Shown: positions 36,718 through 46,344, numbered from the stretch's first letter. The stretch: 64,000 bases of DNA from Gammaproteobacteria bacterium (GCA_041589455.1 JBFHVQ010000004.1:2191-66190); one strand, 5' to 3'. Program-made: numbers and translations. The notes: generated by a model from the letters alone, not told the origin.

Positions 36718-38619
36718 GTGGACTTTTATTCACAACAGGATAAGGCAAGACGATATACGGCCATTCTGCTGCTGTATTTTGTGTTGGCTATTATATTAAT
36801 CGTTGCGGCTGTCAATGTCGTTGTCTATTATTTTTTTATTGTCTTCGAATATTATCCGTATACGCCTGAAGGTGGATATGGTGGCCTGTTTTATTATTTG
36901 TCAGCGGTCATAATTTTACTGATTGCATGTGGTAGCCTGTTTCGCTGGATTAAATTAAGAAAAGGCGGAGCAGCAGTTGCAGAAATGGTTGGTGCGGAGC
37001 TACTTGAACTGAATACCAGTGACCTGCAGGAACGACAGTTAATCAATGTGGTCGAAGAAATGTCAATTGCTTCTGGCGTGCCATTGCCCAGCATTTATAT
37101 TATGCGTGATGAGCCGGGCATTAATGCATTCGTTGCAGGGTATCAATCAACAGAAGCGGTTATTACGGTTACTCAAGGCGCGCTAGAGCAATTAAGTCGT
37201 GCTGAACTACAGGGTGTTGTAGCTCATGAGTTTAGTCATATCCTGAATGGGGATATGAAAATCAATATCCGCTTGATAGCCGTGCTTGCGGGTATTGTGA
37301 TGATTAGTACGATTGGGCGTGCCATGATGATGGGCAATCGTCGCTCTCACTACTCTCGCCGAACGACTAATTCCTCTGGTGGTATTGTTTTGCTTGGTTT
37401 GGCTTTATTAGTTGTTGGCTATCTGGGAGTGTTGTCAGGTCGAATAATTAAGGCGGCGGTTTCGCGACAACGAGAATATCTGGCAGATGCAGCAGCAGTA
37501 CAGTTTACCCGAAATCCTCAGGGTATTGCTTCGGCGCTCAATACAATTCAAAAATTTTCCTACCAATCAACATTGAAAAATGCACATGCAGAAGATATGA
37601 GTCACATGTGTTTTTCCAGTGCATTATTTCAACGATTCACCGGGTGGTTAGCGACGCACCCGCCATTACTGGAAAGAATTCGACAGATTGATCCAGCTTT
37701 TATTGCAAGAATAAAGGCGCAAGACCTAACAGATAAAAAGCGGGCGCAAGAAACGGTTGAAACGGTTTCATCAAATGCGAATGCATCACCTGTTACGTCT
37801 GGTTTTGTTGCGTCATCAGGAGAGGTTCTGGCAGGCACGGCGGGTCAGGTGGAGTCATCGCACTTTGCTTATGCTGCAATGATCTATCATTCATTTAGTC
37901 AGAAACTGCTGGACTCGCTACATTCGATTGATGATAGTCAATTAATTATTTTTGGGCTTATTCTGGTAAAGACAAAAAGCCAATCTGCACATGATGTTCT
38001 GGATAAACAGATCGGGCCAACGGCGTTGCAGAAACTGGATAAAATATGTAGTGAGTTAAAATCATTAGGTGATGATGCGCGTTTACCACTGCTAGATCTG
38101 GCGGTACCTTCATTAAAGAAACTTACACGGTCACAGAAAGTGGAATTCATAAATAATTGTAAACGCTTAATTAAAAGTGACAATCGATATTCGTTGCATG
38201 AATTTGTGTTATTAAGTTTGCTTGAAAAACATTTGCATCAGAATGCAGAGATGAATATTAGAGTTAAATATTTTTCATTGAGTCAGGTAGCAGAAGAAGT
38301 TCAGTTATTGCTATCATTAATGGTCTACGCGACTGATTATAATAGAAAGAATGCAGGGGCTATTTTTAACGAAATCACACAAGGGATGTATGGCAGTGAT
38401 TATAGATTGTTAGAAGTCGGTGCTATCAAAACAGAGCTGATAGGACGTGCATTGACAGAACTGTCAGCATTGAGTCCTCTATTGAAGAAAACACTTATTC
38501 AGGCAGTTGCAGATATTGCGTTGCATGATGCTCAGCTAGAATCAATAGAACTTGAGCTGGTCAGGCTGGTTGCTGAAAGTCTTGATTGTCCGTTGCCACC
38601 AGTCATTTCACAGCAATAA
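36718..38619 (+). CDS. M48 family metallopeptidase (HtpX-like) with a C-terminal extension of about 300 aa
   Basis: TM helices flank HEFSHILNGD (HExxH) with a downstream EYLADAAAVQFT glutamate. The C-terminal half is helical and possibly TerB-like. Confidence 0.8.
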   Translation: MDFYSQQDKARRYTAILLLYFVLAIILIVAAVNVVVYYFFIVFEYYPYTPEGGYGGLFYYLSAVIILLIACGSLFRWIKLRKGGAAVAEMVGAELLELNTSDLQERQLINVVEEMSIASGVPLPSIYIMRDEPGINAFVAGYQSTEAVITVTQGALEQLSRAELQGVVAHEFSHILNGDMKINIRLIAVLAGIVMISTIGRAMMMGNRRSHYSRRTTNSSGGIVLLGLALLVVGYLGVLSGRIIKAAVSRQREYLADAAAVQFTRNPQGIASALNTIQKFSYQSTLKNAHAEDMSHMCFSSALFQRFTGWLATHPPLLERIRQIDPAFIARIKAQDLTDKKRAQETVETVSSNANASPVTSGFVASSGEVLAGTAGQVESSHFAYAAMIYHSFSQKLLDSLHSIDDSQLIIFGLILVKTKSQSAHDVLDKQIGPTALQKLDKICSELKSLGDDARLPLLDLAVPSLKKLTRSQKVEFINNCKRLIKSDNRYSLHEFVLLSLLEKHLHQNAEMNIRVKYFSLSQVAEEVQLLLSLMVYATDYNRKNAGAIFNEITQGMYGSDYRLLEVGAIKTELIGRALTELSALSPLLKKTLIQAVADIALHDAQLESIELELVRLVAESLDCPLPPVISQQ

Positions 38620-38683
38620 TATATCCAGGTCGAATGCTGGTTTTTGTTATAATTAACACTCATTAACTCCGGGTTTAATTAAT

Positions 38684-39646
38684 GTGATCAATCGAGCGTT
38701 CTCAGTAGCTCCTATGCTTGACTGGACAGACAGGCACGAGCGATATTTTCTTCGCCTGATTTCAAGGCATGCCTTGTTATATAGCGAAATGATTACCACT
38801 GGTGCGATTATTCATGGAGATCGTGAGCGATTTCTAATGTTTAGCGAGCAGGAGCATCCGTTAGCAATTCAGCTAGGCGGAAGTGATCCTGCGGACCTCG
38901 TGCGTTGTGCAAAAATAGCCGAGGATTCTGGTTATGATGAAATCAATTTGAATGTAGGTTGCCCGAGTAACCGAGTTCAGTCAGGTATGTTTGGTGCCTG
39001 TCTTATGGCAAAGCCTGAGCTGGTCGCTGATTGTGTTTCAGCGATGAACGCTGTGGTTGATATTCCGGTGACGGTTAAGAATCGTATTGGAATTGATGAA
39101 AATGAAAGCATTGATGAACTATTTGAGTTTGTCGAAAAAGTCGCCGAAGCCGGTTGTGAAACATTTATAGTGCATGCTAGAAAAGCCTGGTTAAAAGGGT
39201 TAAGTCCTAAAGAAAATCGTGATATCCCGCCATTGCGTTATGACATGGTGTATGAGCTAAAACGTGCGATGCCGCAACTGGAAATTATTATTAATGGCGG
39301 TATTTGTGATTTACACGTGGCCAGTCAGCAAATACCTTCTGTGGATGGAGTAATGATGGGGCGAGAGATTTATCATAATCCCTATATCCTGGCTGAAGTT
39401 GATTGTCTGTTTTTTGAAGATGATCGTCCCTCACTAAGCAGACAGCAAATTATCGAATCATTCTACCCTTATGTTGAAAAGGAATTGTCGGAGGGTACAC
39501 GCCTTCATGCAATGACGCGTCATATACTGGGTTTGTTTAATGGTTTGCCGGGGGCTCGGAAATGGCGTCGACATATTTCAGAAAATGCCACCAGAGAAGG
39601 GGCGGGACTGGATGTGCTAAAAGACGCGGTTAAATTCGTTAGTTGA
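38684..39646 (+). CDS. dusA: tRNA-dihydrouridine(20/20a) synthase
   Basis: FSVAPMLDWTDRHERYFLR, EINLNVGCPS and HARKAWL motifs. GTG start. Confidence 0.9.
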   Translation: MINRAFSVAPMLDWTDRHERYFLRLISRHALLYSEMITTGAIIHGDRERFLMFSEQEHPLAIQLGGSDPADLVRCAKIAEDSGYDEINLNVGCPSNRVQSGMFGACLMAKPELVADCVSAMNAVVDIPVTVKNRIGIDENESIDELFEFVEKVAEAGCETFIVHARKAWLKGLSPKENRDIPPLRYDMVYELKRAMPQLEIIINGGICDLHVASQQIPSVDGVMMGREIYHNPYILAEVDCLFFEDDRPSLSRQQIIESFYPYVEKELSEGTRLHAMTRHILGLFNGLPGARKWRRHISENATREGAGLDVLKDAVKFVS

Positions 39647-39670
39647 CCTGGCAGAATTTTAAGCGCAATT

Positions 39671-40738
39671 ATGCGAAAAATTATTCACATCGATATGGAT
39701 GCATTTTTTGCCGCCGTTGAGCAGCGAGATTTTCCCGAGCTTAAAGGTCGACCGGTTGTTGTCGGTGGTGATCCACAGAGCCGAGGTGTCGTTGCTACCT
39801 GTAGTTATGAGGCTCGACGGTTTGGTATTCACTCTGCAATGCCAGCATCACATGCTTATCGACTATGCCCGCAGGCAGCTTTTGTGAGGCCTCGCTTTGA
39901 AGTATATAAAGAGGCCTCTAAAAACATTCATTGTGTGTTTAATGAATACACAGATCTCATTGAGCCATTATCACTGGATGAGGCCTATCTGGATGTCAGT
40001 GATTCAGATCAGTGTCAGGGTTCGGCGACACTTATTGCAGAACAAATACGCAAACAGATTTATAATCAGACCGGATTAACTGCATCAGCCGGTATTTCCT
40101 ATAATAAATTTCTGGCGAAGCTGGCTTCAGATCAGAATAAACCCGATGGTCAGTTTGTGGTTAAGCCGGGCGAAGCTGAAGCCTTTCTTGCTGTCTTACC
40201 GATTGGTAAGTTTTATGGTGTGGGGAAAGTTACCGAGGCTAAAATGCAGAGGTTGGGTATTTATACTGGCGGAGATTTGCAGAAAAAAAACTTGCTGGAA
40301 TTACAGCAGTTATTTGGTAATTCGGCTGAGTATTATTATGATATTTCACGGGGTATAGATCATCGTCCGGTAATTAACGAGCGCACTCGAAAATCAATCG
40401 GTTCAGAAACCACATTTGCAGAAGATATTGCGGATCGCTCACAGATGCTTGAGCAGCTTCTGCAGTTGGCATGTGAGCTAATTGACGATTTGCAGGCCAG
40501 GGAATTACTGGCCTATACCATTACCATAAAAATTAAGTATGTGGACTTCACGCAGATAACCAGAAGTCATACCACAACACATGCGATTTCTGATTACAGT
40601 AAAGTTATGGCGTTGATTCCATTTTTACTTCATAAAACTGAGGCGGGTGAAAGGTCGGTTCGCTTATTAGGTGTTAGCTTTTCCAGTCTGCTTGGTGTCG
40701 ACGAGCAAACGGCGTATTCACAAATGGAACTGTTTTAG
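39671..40738 (+). CDS. dinB: DNA polymerase IV
   Basis: MRKIIHIDMDAFFAAVEQRD...SLDEAYLDV...SAGISYNKFLAKLASD; 355 aa. Confidence 0.95.
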   Translation: MRKIIHIDMDAFFAAVEQRDFPELKGRPVVVGGDPQSRGVVATCSYEARRFGIHSAMPASHAYRLCPQAAFVRPRFEVYKEASKNIHCVFNEYTDLIEPLSLDEAYLDVSDSDQCQGSATLIAEQIRKQIYNQTGLTASAGISYNKFLAKLASDQNKPDGQFVVKPGEAEAFLAVLPIGKFYGVGKVTEAKMQRLGIYTGGDLQKKNLLELQQLFGNSAEYYYDISRGIDHRPVINERTRKSIGSETTFAEDIADRSQMLEQLLQLACELIDDLQARELLAYTITIKIKYVDFTQITRSHTTTHAISDYSKVMALIPFLLHKTEAGERSVRLLGVSFSSLLGVDEQTAYSQMELF

Positions 40739-41730
40739 AAGGTTGAATGCAGGGCAAACTGAAAAAGAATGTCTGGTGCTCTGCCGTGAACAATGTCTTC
40801 AGATATTACAAAGTCAAATTGTTGTGCATTGTTGATGGGATAGCTTGCGCCAACACTTAACTGGCTAGAGTTTCCGAGAAAGCGTAATTGCGAATCGTAA
40901 AGGGCGCTATGCAGATCAAGTTGAGCTTTAAGTTCAAGCTTATCCCAGGCGATGAAGCCAACTCCCAGATTGCCAAAAGCAGCCCAGTTATTGTGCCGTT
41001 CAGGGAGGACGTCTGTGTCGCTCATATAAAGTAATCCCGCCTGAGTGAAAACTGTAACATTCGAAAACAGGTGTCGAGTGGAGAGCCAGCCTGCTAGATC
41101 GAGGTGGCCACTACCCTGTAATCGGGAAGCATCACCAGTGGGTAATTTTATGCTGAACCACAGGCTCTGGCTTGCTAGCGCAGTGTTCAGGAGCTGTCTG
41201 GCAAACTGGATCGAAAAGTCACCTATGGCCTGACTGCGCTGCGCGAATAGAACGTTCGTGCCCTGGCTGTCCTGATAGCTTACCTCTAGCTGATCCTGTG
41301 GTAGTTGAGGTCGCGCCCCTTCGTTAAGGCCCAGTGCCTGGTGGTAATCATCGATAGGGGAGTCCAGCAGGCCAGGTGTGTGAGCATAATAGGAAAGGTG
41401 CGCTCGAAGCATCCAGTTGTCATTCAGGGAATAATCATAAAACAGGTTAACTGACCAGGTTTCAATATCAGTTTTAAGGTCTTCATCTTGCGTACCCTGT
41501 ATTAAAGCGGTACTTTGTATATCGAGGGTACTGATTAAGCGGCTCACTGTGACATCAGTTAGCCTGGCAGGGCTGGCGAAAGGGATGCCGTATATTGCTG
41601 CAAAAGTGCCATTATTTCGGGTTAATAGTGGTGTGCCGGGATAGGCAAAGTTATGGGGGGAGTAAACTATACAGGCATAAAAAAACCCACTGATAAATTT
41701 ATCAGCAGGTTTTTTAAAGCAAAGCTTCAA
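40735..41730 (-). CDS. DUF3187-like outer-membrane beta-barrel protein (start codon uncertain)
   Basis: Alternating beta-strand pattern ending in Phe (..ALHSTF). A signal-peptide-like KKPADKFISGFFYACIVYSPHNFA is only included if a TTG at 41730 (or the ATG at 41805, which overlaps the cytochrome gene) is used. Confidence 0.5.
   Translation of the reverse strand: MKLCFKKPADKFISGFFYACIVYSPHNFAYPGTPLLTRNNGTFAAIYGIPFASPARLTDVTVSRLISTLDIQSTALIQGTQDEDLKTDIETWSVNLFYDYSLNDNWMLRAHLSYYAHTPGLLDSPIDDYHQALGLNEGARPQLPQDQLEVSYQDSQGTNVLFAQRSQAIGDFSIQFARQLLNTALASQSLWFSIKLPTGDASRLQGSGHLDLAGWLSTRHLFSNVTVFTQAGLLYMSDTDVLPERHNNWAAFGNLGVGFIAWDKLELKAQLDLHSALYDSQLRFLGNSSQLSVGASYPINNAQQFDFVISEDIVHGRAPDILFQFALHSTF
41679..41709 (-). 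terminator. Intrinsic terminator-like hairpin 28 nt after the cytochrome c stop
   Basis: On the minus strand: cctgctgat-aaattt-atcagtggg (9 bp including 2 G-U pairs) followed by U7. Confidence 0.55.
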
Positions 41731-41737
41731 AGCTTGT

Positions 41738-42043
41738 TTACAGGCTTTCGTAGAAAGCTGCAATATTAGCCATGTCTGCATCAGACAGAGGCTTAGCCAT
41801 TGCATTCATAGTAGCGTCTTTACGATCGCCGGTTTTGAATGCTTTCAGCTGCTTAACGACGTACTGTGCTTTCTGGCCTTTCAGGTTAGGGTACATAGGT
41901 ACCGCACTGATACCAGTTGCACCGTGACAAGCGGCACAGCTAGCTGCTTTTGCTTTACCAGCAGCGGCGTCGCCTGCTACTGCAGAAGTAGCTGATACTG
42001 CTAAAGCAGAAGCTGCCAGCAGAGATAGTACTTGCTTTTTCAT
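41738..42043 (-). CDS. Monohaem class I c-type cytochrome (periplasmic)
   Basis: Signal peptide [29 protein letters not shown] haem-binding motif, and a distal Met region (PMYPNLKGQ); 101 aa. Confidence 0.85.
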   Translation of the reverse strand: MKKQVLSLLAASALAVSATSAVAGDAAAGKAKAASCAACHGATGISAVPMYPNLKGQKAQYVVKQLKAFKTGDRKDATMNAMAKPLSDADMANIAAFYESL

Positions 42044-42419
42044 TGATTTCTCCTGGTCGTGTTGTTCACACGATTGTTAATTTAGCATCGGAATTTTGGC
42101 AGAGCCGGCGCTTGATGTAAATGCAGATTTTCTGATGTTTCCCTATGAAGCTTTTATGCTGAGAAATAAGTCAAATAATTCAACATGTTACAGAGTTTCT
42201 GGCTCTGGGTAATGATATAGACACTAGATTATAGACGGAGTTCAGCCGCCAAATGTTAAAGAATGTCAGGTCATAGAACGTTGAAAAGCACCGTTATTGC
42301 TGAAAAACTTCCCAGTATCGGGTAAAGTGTGCGGCTTATTGAAATTTATGGCATCAGTCACGTGTCGCCCTGTAAAGGTGCGAGCGGGCTGTTTTACTTG
42401 AATCGCTGAGGATTTACAC

Positions 42420-43112
42420 ATGGCTGATTTTAAAATCGCACCCTCTATTCTGTCTGCAGACTTTGCTAAGTTAGGTGAAGAAGTCGACAATGTTATTAAA
42501 TCTGGTGCGGATATCGTGCACTTCGACGTAATGGATAACCACTATGTGCCTAACCTGACAATCGGTCCGCTGGTGTGTGACGCACTGCGTAAGCACGGTG
42601 TTACTGCTGAGATTGATGTGCACCTGATGGTGAAGCCGGTTGATCGTATTATTCCTGATTTTGCCGAAGCTGGCGCAAGCTACATTACTTTCCACCCAGA
42701 AGGTTCAGAGCATATTGACCGCAGCCTGCAGATGATCCGTGAGCTGGGTTGTAAGTCTGGTCTGGTATTTAATCCTGCTACACCGCTGGATTGCCTGAAA
42801 TACGTGATGGATAAAGTAGATATGATTCTGCTGATGTCTGTTAACCCAGGTTTCGGTGGTCAGTCATTTATTCCTGCAACTCTCGACAAGCTACGCGAAG
42901 CACGCAAGCTGATTGATGAGTCAGGTTATGATATCCGTCTGGAAATCGATGGTGGTGTAAAAGTAGACAATATCCGTGAAATCGCCGAAGCCGGTGCAGA
43001 CACTTTCGTTGCAGGTTCTGCCATTTTTGGTGCAAAGAACGAAGCGGATGCCAATGTTTATGACACAGTTGTTGGCAAGATGCGCGAAGAACTGGCTAAC
43101 GCTAAGGTTTAA
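42420..43112 (+). CDS. rpe: Ribulose-phosphate 3-epimerase
   Basis: [17 protein letters not shown]...[12 protein letters not shown]...VNPGFGGQ. Confidence 0.95.
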   Translation: MADFKIAPSILSADFAKLGEEVDNVIKSGADIVHFDVMDNHYVPNLTIGPLVCDALRKHGVTAEIDVHLMVKPVDRIIPDFAEAGASYITFHPEGSEHIDRSLQMIRELGCKSGLVFNPATPLDCLKYVMDKVDMILLMSVNPGFGGQSFIPATLDKLREARKLIDESGYDIRLEIDGGVKVDNIREIAEAGADTFVAGSAIFGAKNEADANVYDTVVGKMREELANAKV

Positions 43113-43176
43113 TTCGTGAGTCAATCACTGGCAGCCTGGCTGTCAGTGATTATGATTACCCCCAGGTAAAAGTAGA

Positions 43177-43851
43177 ATGTTAAACAAACCTGAAATGGTG
43201 CTGATCGATGTTGATGGCACCCTGGTAGATAGTGTCCCAGATCTGGCTTACTGCGTCGATGAAATGATGAAGCAGCTTGGTATGGCAGAACATGGTGAAG
43301 AAAAAGTGCGTAACTGGGTCGGTAATGGTGTTGAACGCCTGACACGCCGTGCACTAATCGGTCAGCTGGATGGTGAACCAGATGATGAGCTGTTTGATAA
43401 GGCTTATCCAATCTTCCTGGATCTATACGATAAGAATGTGTGTGAACGCAGCTGTTTGTATGACGGTGTGCGTGAGGCGCTGGATTTTCTTAAGTCGACC
43501 GATGTGAAAATTGGTTGTGTTACTAATAAAAACGCACAGTTCACATTACCGATTCTTGAAAAACTGGGTATAAAAGACGACTTTGAGATCATTATTTGCG
43601 GTGATACGCTAAGCAAGAAAAAGCCTGATCCAGAGCCTTTGTTGCATGCAGCGAGAGAACTGGGTAGCACGCCAGAGCACTCATTAATGCTCGGTGACTC
43701 GATGAGTGATGTGAAGGCGGCTAAAGCCGCAAACTTTAAGATCATCTGTATGAGCTATGGGTATAATCATGGCGAAGATATCCGCGATTACCATCCGGAT
43801 GCCGTGGTTGATTCAATGGCGGAAATAAAGGGTCTGATTAACTGGTCCTGA
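43177..43851 (+). CDS. gph: Phosphoglycolate phosphatase (HAD)
   Basis: LIDVDGTLVDS motif I, VTNK, and GDSMSDV. Conserved rpe-gph adjacency. Confidence 0.85.
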   Translation: MLNKPEMVLIDVDGTLVDSVPDLAYCVDEMMKQLGMAEHGEEKVRNWVGNGVERLTRRALIGQLDGEPDDELFDKAYPIFLDLYDKNVCERSCLYDGVREALDFLKSTDVKIGCVTNKNAQFTLPILEKLGIKDDFEIIICGDTLSKKKPDPEPLLHAARELGSTPEHSLMLGDSMSDVKAAKAANFKIICMSYGYNHGEDIRDYHPDAVVDSMAEIKGLINWS

Positions 43852-43904
43852 ATTAAAGAGTTTAGGTTATGACATTTTCCAGACAGGGTAATAGAAGGGT
43901 AGAC

Positions 43905-43934
43905 ATGCGTTTATTCAAACATTGGCGATGGTAA
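43905..43934 (+). promoter_or_regulatory. Candidate trp leader peptide ORF (MRLFKHWRW)
   Basis: 9-codon ORF with AAGGG 5 nt upstream of the ATG. Two of its last three codons are Trp, and it lies 57 nt upstream of trpE. It is enclosed by complementary arms at 43874-43887 and 43971-43984. Confidence 0.5.
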
Positions 43935-43990
43935 ACATCACGACCGCCTGTAATTCCGTGTGTGTTTAAACCTGTCTGGAAAATTGAAAA

Positions 43991-45496
43991 ATGACTGCTT
44001 TGAAAATATCTAAACAAGAATTTGCCAAGCTGGCAAAACAAAACTACAGCCATATTCCCCTGGTACACGAAGTGCTGGCGGATCTGGATACGCCTTTAAG
44101 TGCCTATCTCAAGCTGGCAAACTTGCCTTATTCTTATCTGTTCGAATCTGTTCATGGTGGTGAGAAGTGGGGGCGTTACTCTATTATCGGTCTGCCCTGT
44201 GAAACGCGCATCAAAGTGTTTGCAAAACAGGTTCATATTGAAGTAGAAGGTCAATCTACCGAAGTACATGAGGTTGAAGACCCACTGAGCTGGATCGAAG
44301 ACTATCAACAGCAGTTTAATGTGCCGGATATTGAAGGCTTGCCTCGATTTATGGGTGGCCTGGTGGGTTACTTTGGTTACGACACCATACGCTATATCGA
44401 ACCCAAGCTGGCGAGTGAAGATAAGCCGGATGCATTACAGACACCCGATATTTTATTGATGCTCTCAAAAGAAGTTGTGGTGTTCGATAACCTCAGTGGC
44501 AAACTGTATTTTATCGTTATGCTGGAACCTTCCCAGGAAGATGCTTATCAGCAGGGTGAGGCGCGTTTATTGCAGCTGGAAACACAGCTGCGTCAGTCAG
44601 TGCCAACCTACCAGCCTTCTGAGAAAAGTGTCAAGGTTAAGGAAGATGACTTTGTTTCGGGCTTTACCGAACAAGGCTTTATGGATGCGGTTAGAAAAGC
44701 CAAGCAGTATATTGTCGATGGCGATGTGATGCAGGTTGTGCTGTCGCAACGTATGTCGATACCATTTGCGGCGCAGCCACTGGATTTATATCGATCGCTG
44801 CGTAGCCTGAACCCGTCGCCTTATATGTACTACCTGAACCTGGATGATCATTATGTGGTGGGTTCATCCCCTGAAATACTTGTGCGCCTCGAAGATGATG
44901 AGGTGACGGTCAGACCGATTGCCGGTACACGCCCCAGAGGTTCAACAGAAGCTGAAGATCAGGCCTTAGAGAAGGATCTGCTGGCAGATCCTAAGGAACT
45001 GGCTGAGCATTTAATGCTGATTGATCTTGGGCGAAATGATGCGGGCAGGGTTAGTAAAATTGGTACCGTTGAGCTCACTGATAAAATGATTATCGAACGT
45101 TATTCTCATGTAATGCATATCGTCTCGAATGTGACTGGTGAACTAAACGAAAACATGTCGGCGATGGATGTTCTGCGTGCAACTTTCCCAGCTGGTACAG
45201 TGAGTGGTGCACCAAAAATTCGAGCCATGGAAATCATCGACGAGCTGGAACCGGTTAAACGGGGTATTTATTCTGGCGCCGTTGGTTATCTGTCCTGGAA
45301 TGGCAATATGGATACGGCGATAGCGATTCGTACGGCAGTAATTAAGGATGGTACGCTGAATATTCAGGCAGGTGCAGGGATTGTCTATGACTCTGTGCCA
45401 GAGAATGAGTGGGCAGAAACAATGAACAAGGGACGTGCTGTATTTCGTGCAGTAGCCATGGCGGAAGCCGGACTTGATGGTTCTACTGCTAAATGA
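43991..45496 (+). CDS. trpE: Anthranilate synthase component I
   Basis: 501 aa. LFESV, GYFGYD, and the chorismate-binding C-terminal GAVGYLS..G..D.AIAIRT motifs. Confidence 0.95.
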   Translation: MTALKISKQEFAKLAKQNYSHIPLVHEVLADLDTPLSAYLKLANLPYSYLFESVHGGEKWGRYSIIGLPCETRIKVFAKQVHIEVEGQSTEVHEVEDPLSWIEDYQQQFNVPDIEGLPRFMGGLVGYFGYDTIRYIEPKLASEDKPDALQTPDILLMLSKEVVVFDNLSGKLYFIVMLEPSQEDAYQQGEARLLQLETQLRQSVPTYQPSEKSVKVKEDDFVSGFTEQGFMDAVRKAKQYIVDGDVMQVVLSQRMSIPFAAQPLDLYRSLRSLNPSPYMYYLNLDDHYVVGSSPEILVRLEDDEVTVRPIAGTRPRGSTEAEDQALEKDLLADPKELAEHLMLIDLGRNDAGRVSKIGTVELTDKMIIERYSHVMHIVSNVTGELNENMSAMDVLRATFPAGTVSGAPKIRAMEIIDELEPVKRGIYSGAVGYLSWNGNMDTAIAIRTAVIKDGTLNIQAGAGIVYDSVPENEWAETMNKGRAVFRAVAMAEAGLDGSTAK

Positions 45497-45540
45497 TTCT
45501 GATTGCCACCTGGCAAAAATGCTTTTTGGAGCTGTATTAA

Positions 45541-46344
45541 ATGAAAGCCTTTTGCGAAAAAATTGTAGAACATACCTTATTTGAAAAGGTCATTATTGGC
45601 CTGATTATTTTGAATGGTGTGATTCTTGGATTAGAAACATCCAGTGACATCATGCAGCAGTATGGAAGCCTGTTAGAGAAGGCCAGTGATCTTATACTGC
45701 TGGTGTTTATACTGGAAGCCGTAATGAAAATAACGGCAGTGGCGCCTAAATTCAGTCGCTATTTCGGTTCTGGATGGAATCTGTTCGACTTTAGTGTTGT
45801 GGTGTTGTCACTGGTGCCAAGCACCGGTGAGTTTGCCATGATCGCTCGACTGGCGCGTTTGCTACGAGTGATGCGACTGATTTCGACGATTCCGGAATTA
45901 CGCCTGATTGTCACCACGCTGGTACGCTCACTACCCGGCATGATGCATGTTGTGCTGCTGATGGGTGTGATTTTTTATATTTATGCGGTAGCGGGCTTTC
46001 ATTTATATCACCAGCATGATCCGGAATTATGGGGAACCCTTGGGTTGTCATTATTGACGCTGTTTAGAGTGGTGACCCTGGAAGACTGGACCGATGTAAT
46101 GTATACCGCGATGGAAATGCATCCATTGAGCTGGATTTATTTTGTTAGTTTTGTGGTGGTTGGTACCTTTGTTATTATCAATCTGTTTATTGCGGTTGTA
46201 TTAAACAATCTGGAAGAAGCCAAGCAGGAAAGGCTGGAAGAATTACGTAAGCCAGTTAATCGAGATGAGCTATTAAAAGAGCTCAGACAAACACAGGAAA
46301 TGCTGCAGAAATTGCAGGTCAAAGTTGAGAATACGTCGTTATGA
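45541..46344 (+). CDS. Voltage-gated ion channel of the bacterial NaChBac/BacNav type (6TM, single domain)
   Basis: S1-S6 hydrophobic pattern, S4 [11 protein letters not shown] (Arg every third residue), pore [14 protein letters not shown], and a C-terminal coiled-coil-like tail. A GGAG RBS precedes the start; the stop overlaps the trpG ATG. Confidence 0.85.
   Translation: MKAFCEKIVEHTLFEKVIIGLIILNGVILGLETSSDIMQQYGSLLEKASDLILLVFILEAVMKITAVAPKFSRYFGSGWNLFDFSVVVLSLVPSTGEFAMIARLARLLRVMRLISTIPELRLIVTTLVRSLPGMMHVVLLMGVIFYIYAVAGFHLYHQHDPELWGTLGLSLLTLFRVVTLEDWTDVMYTAMEMHPLSWIYFVSFVVVGTFVIINLFIAVVLNNLEEAKQERLEELRKPVNRDELLKELRQTQEMLQKLQVKVENTSL

Noticed and set aside
40276-40283. A8 homopolymer inside dinB
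   Set aside because: The reading frame is intact across it (LQKKNLL). There is no evidence of slippage in this sequence.
42044-42419. 376-nt divergent intergenic region between the cytochrome c gene and rpe, examined for RNA genes or leaders
   Set aside because: I could not find a stable conserved-looking structure, terminator or mini-ORF pattern. It is most simply two divergent promoters.
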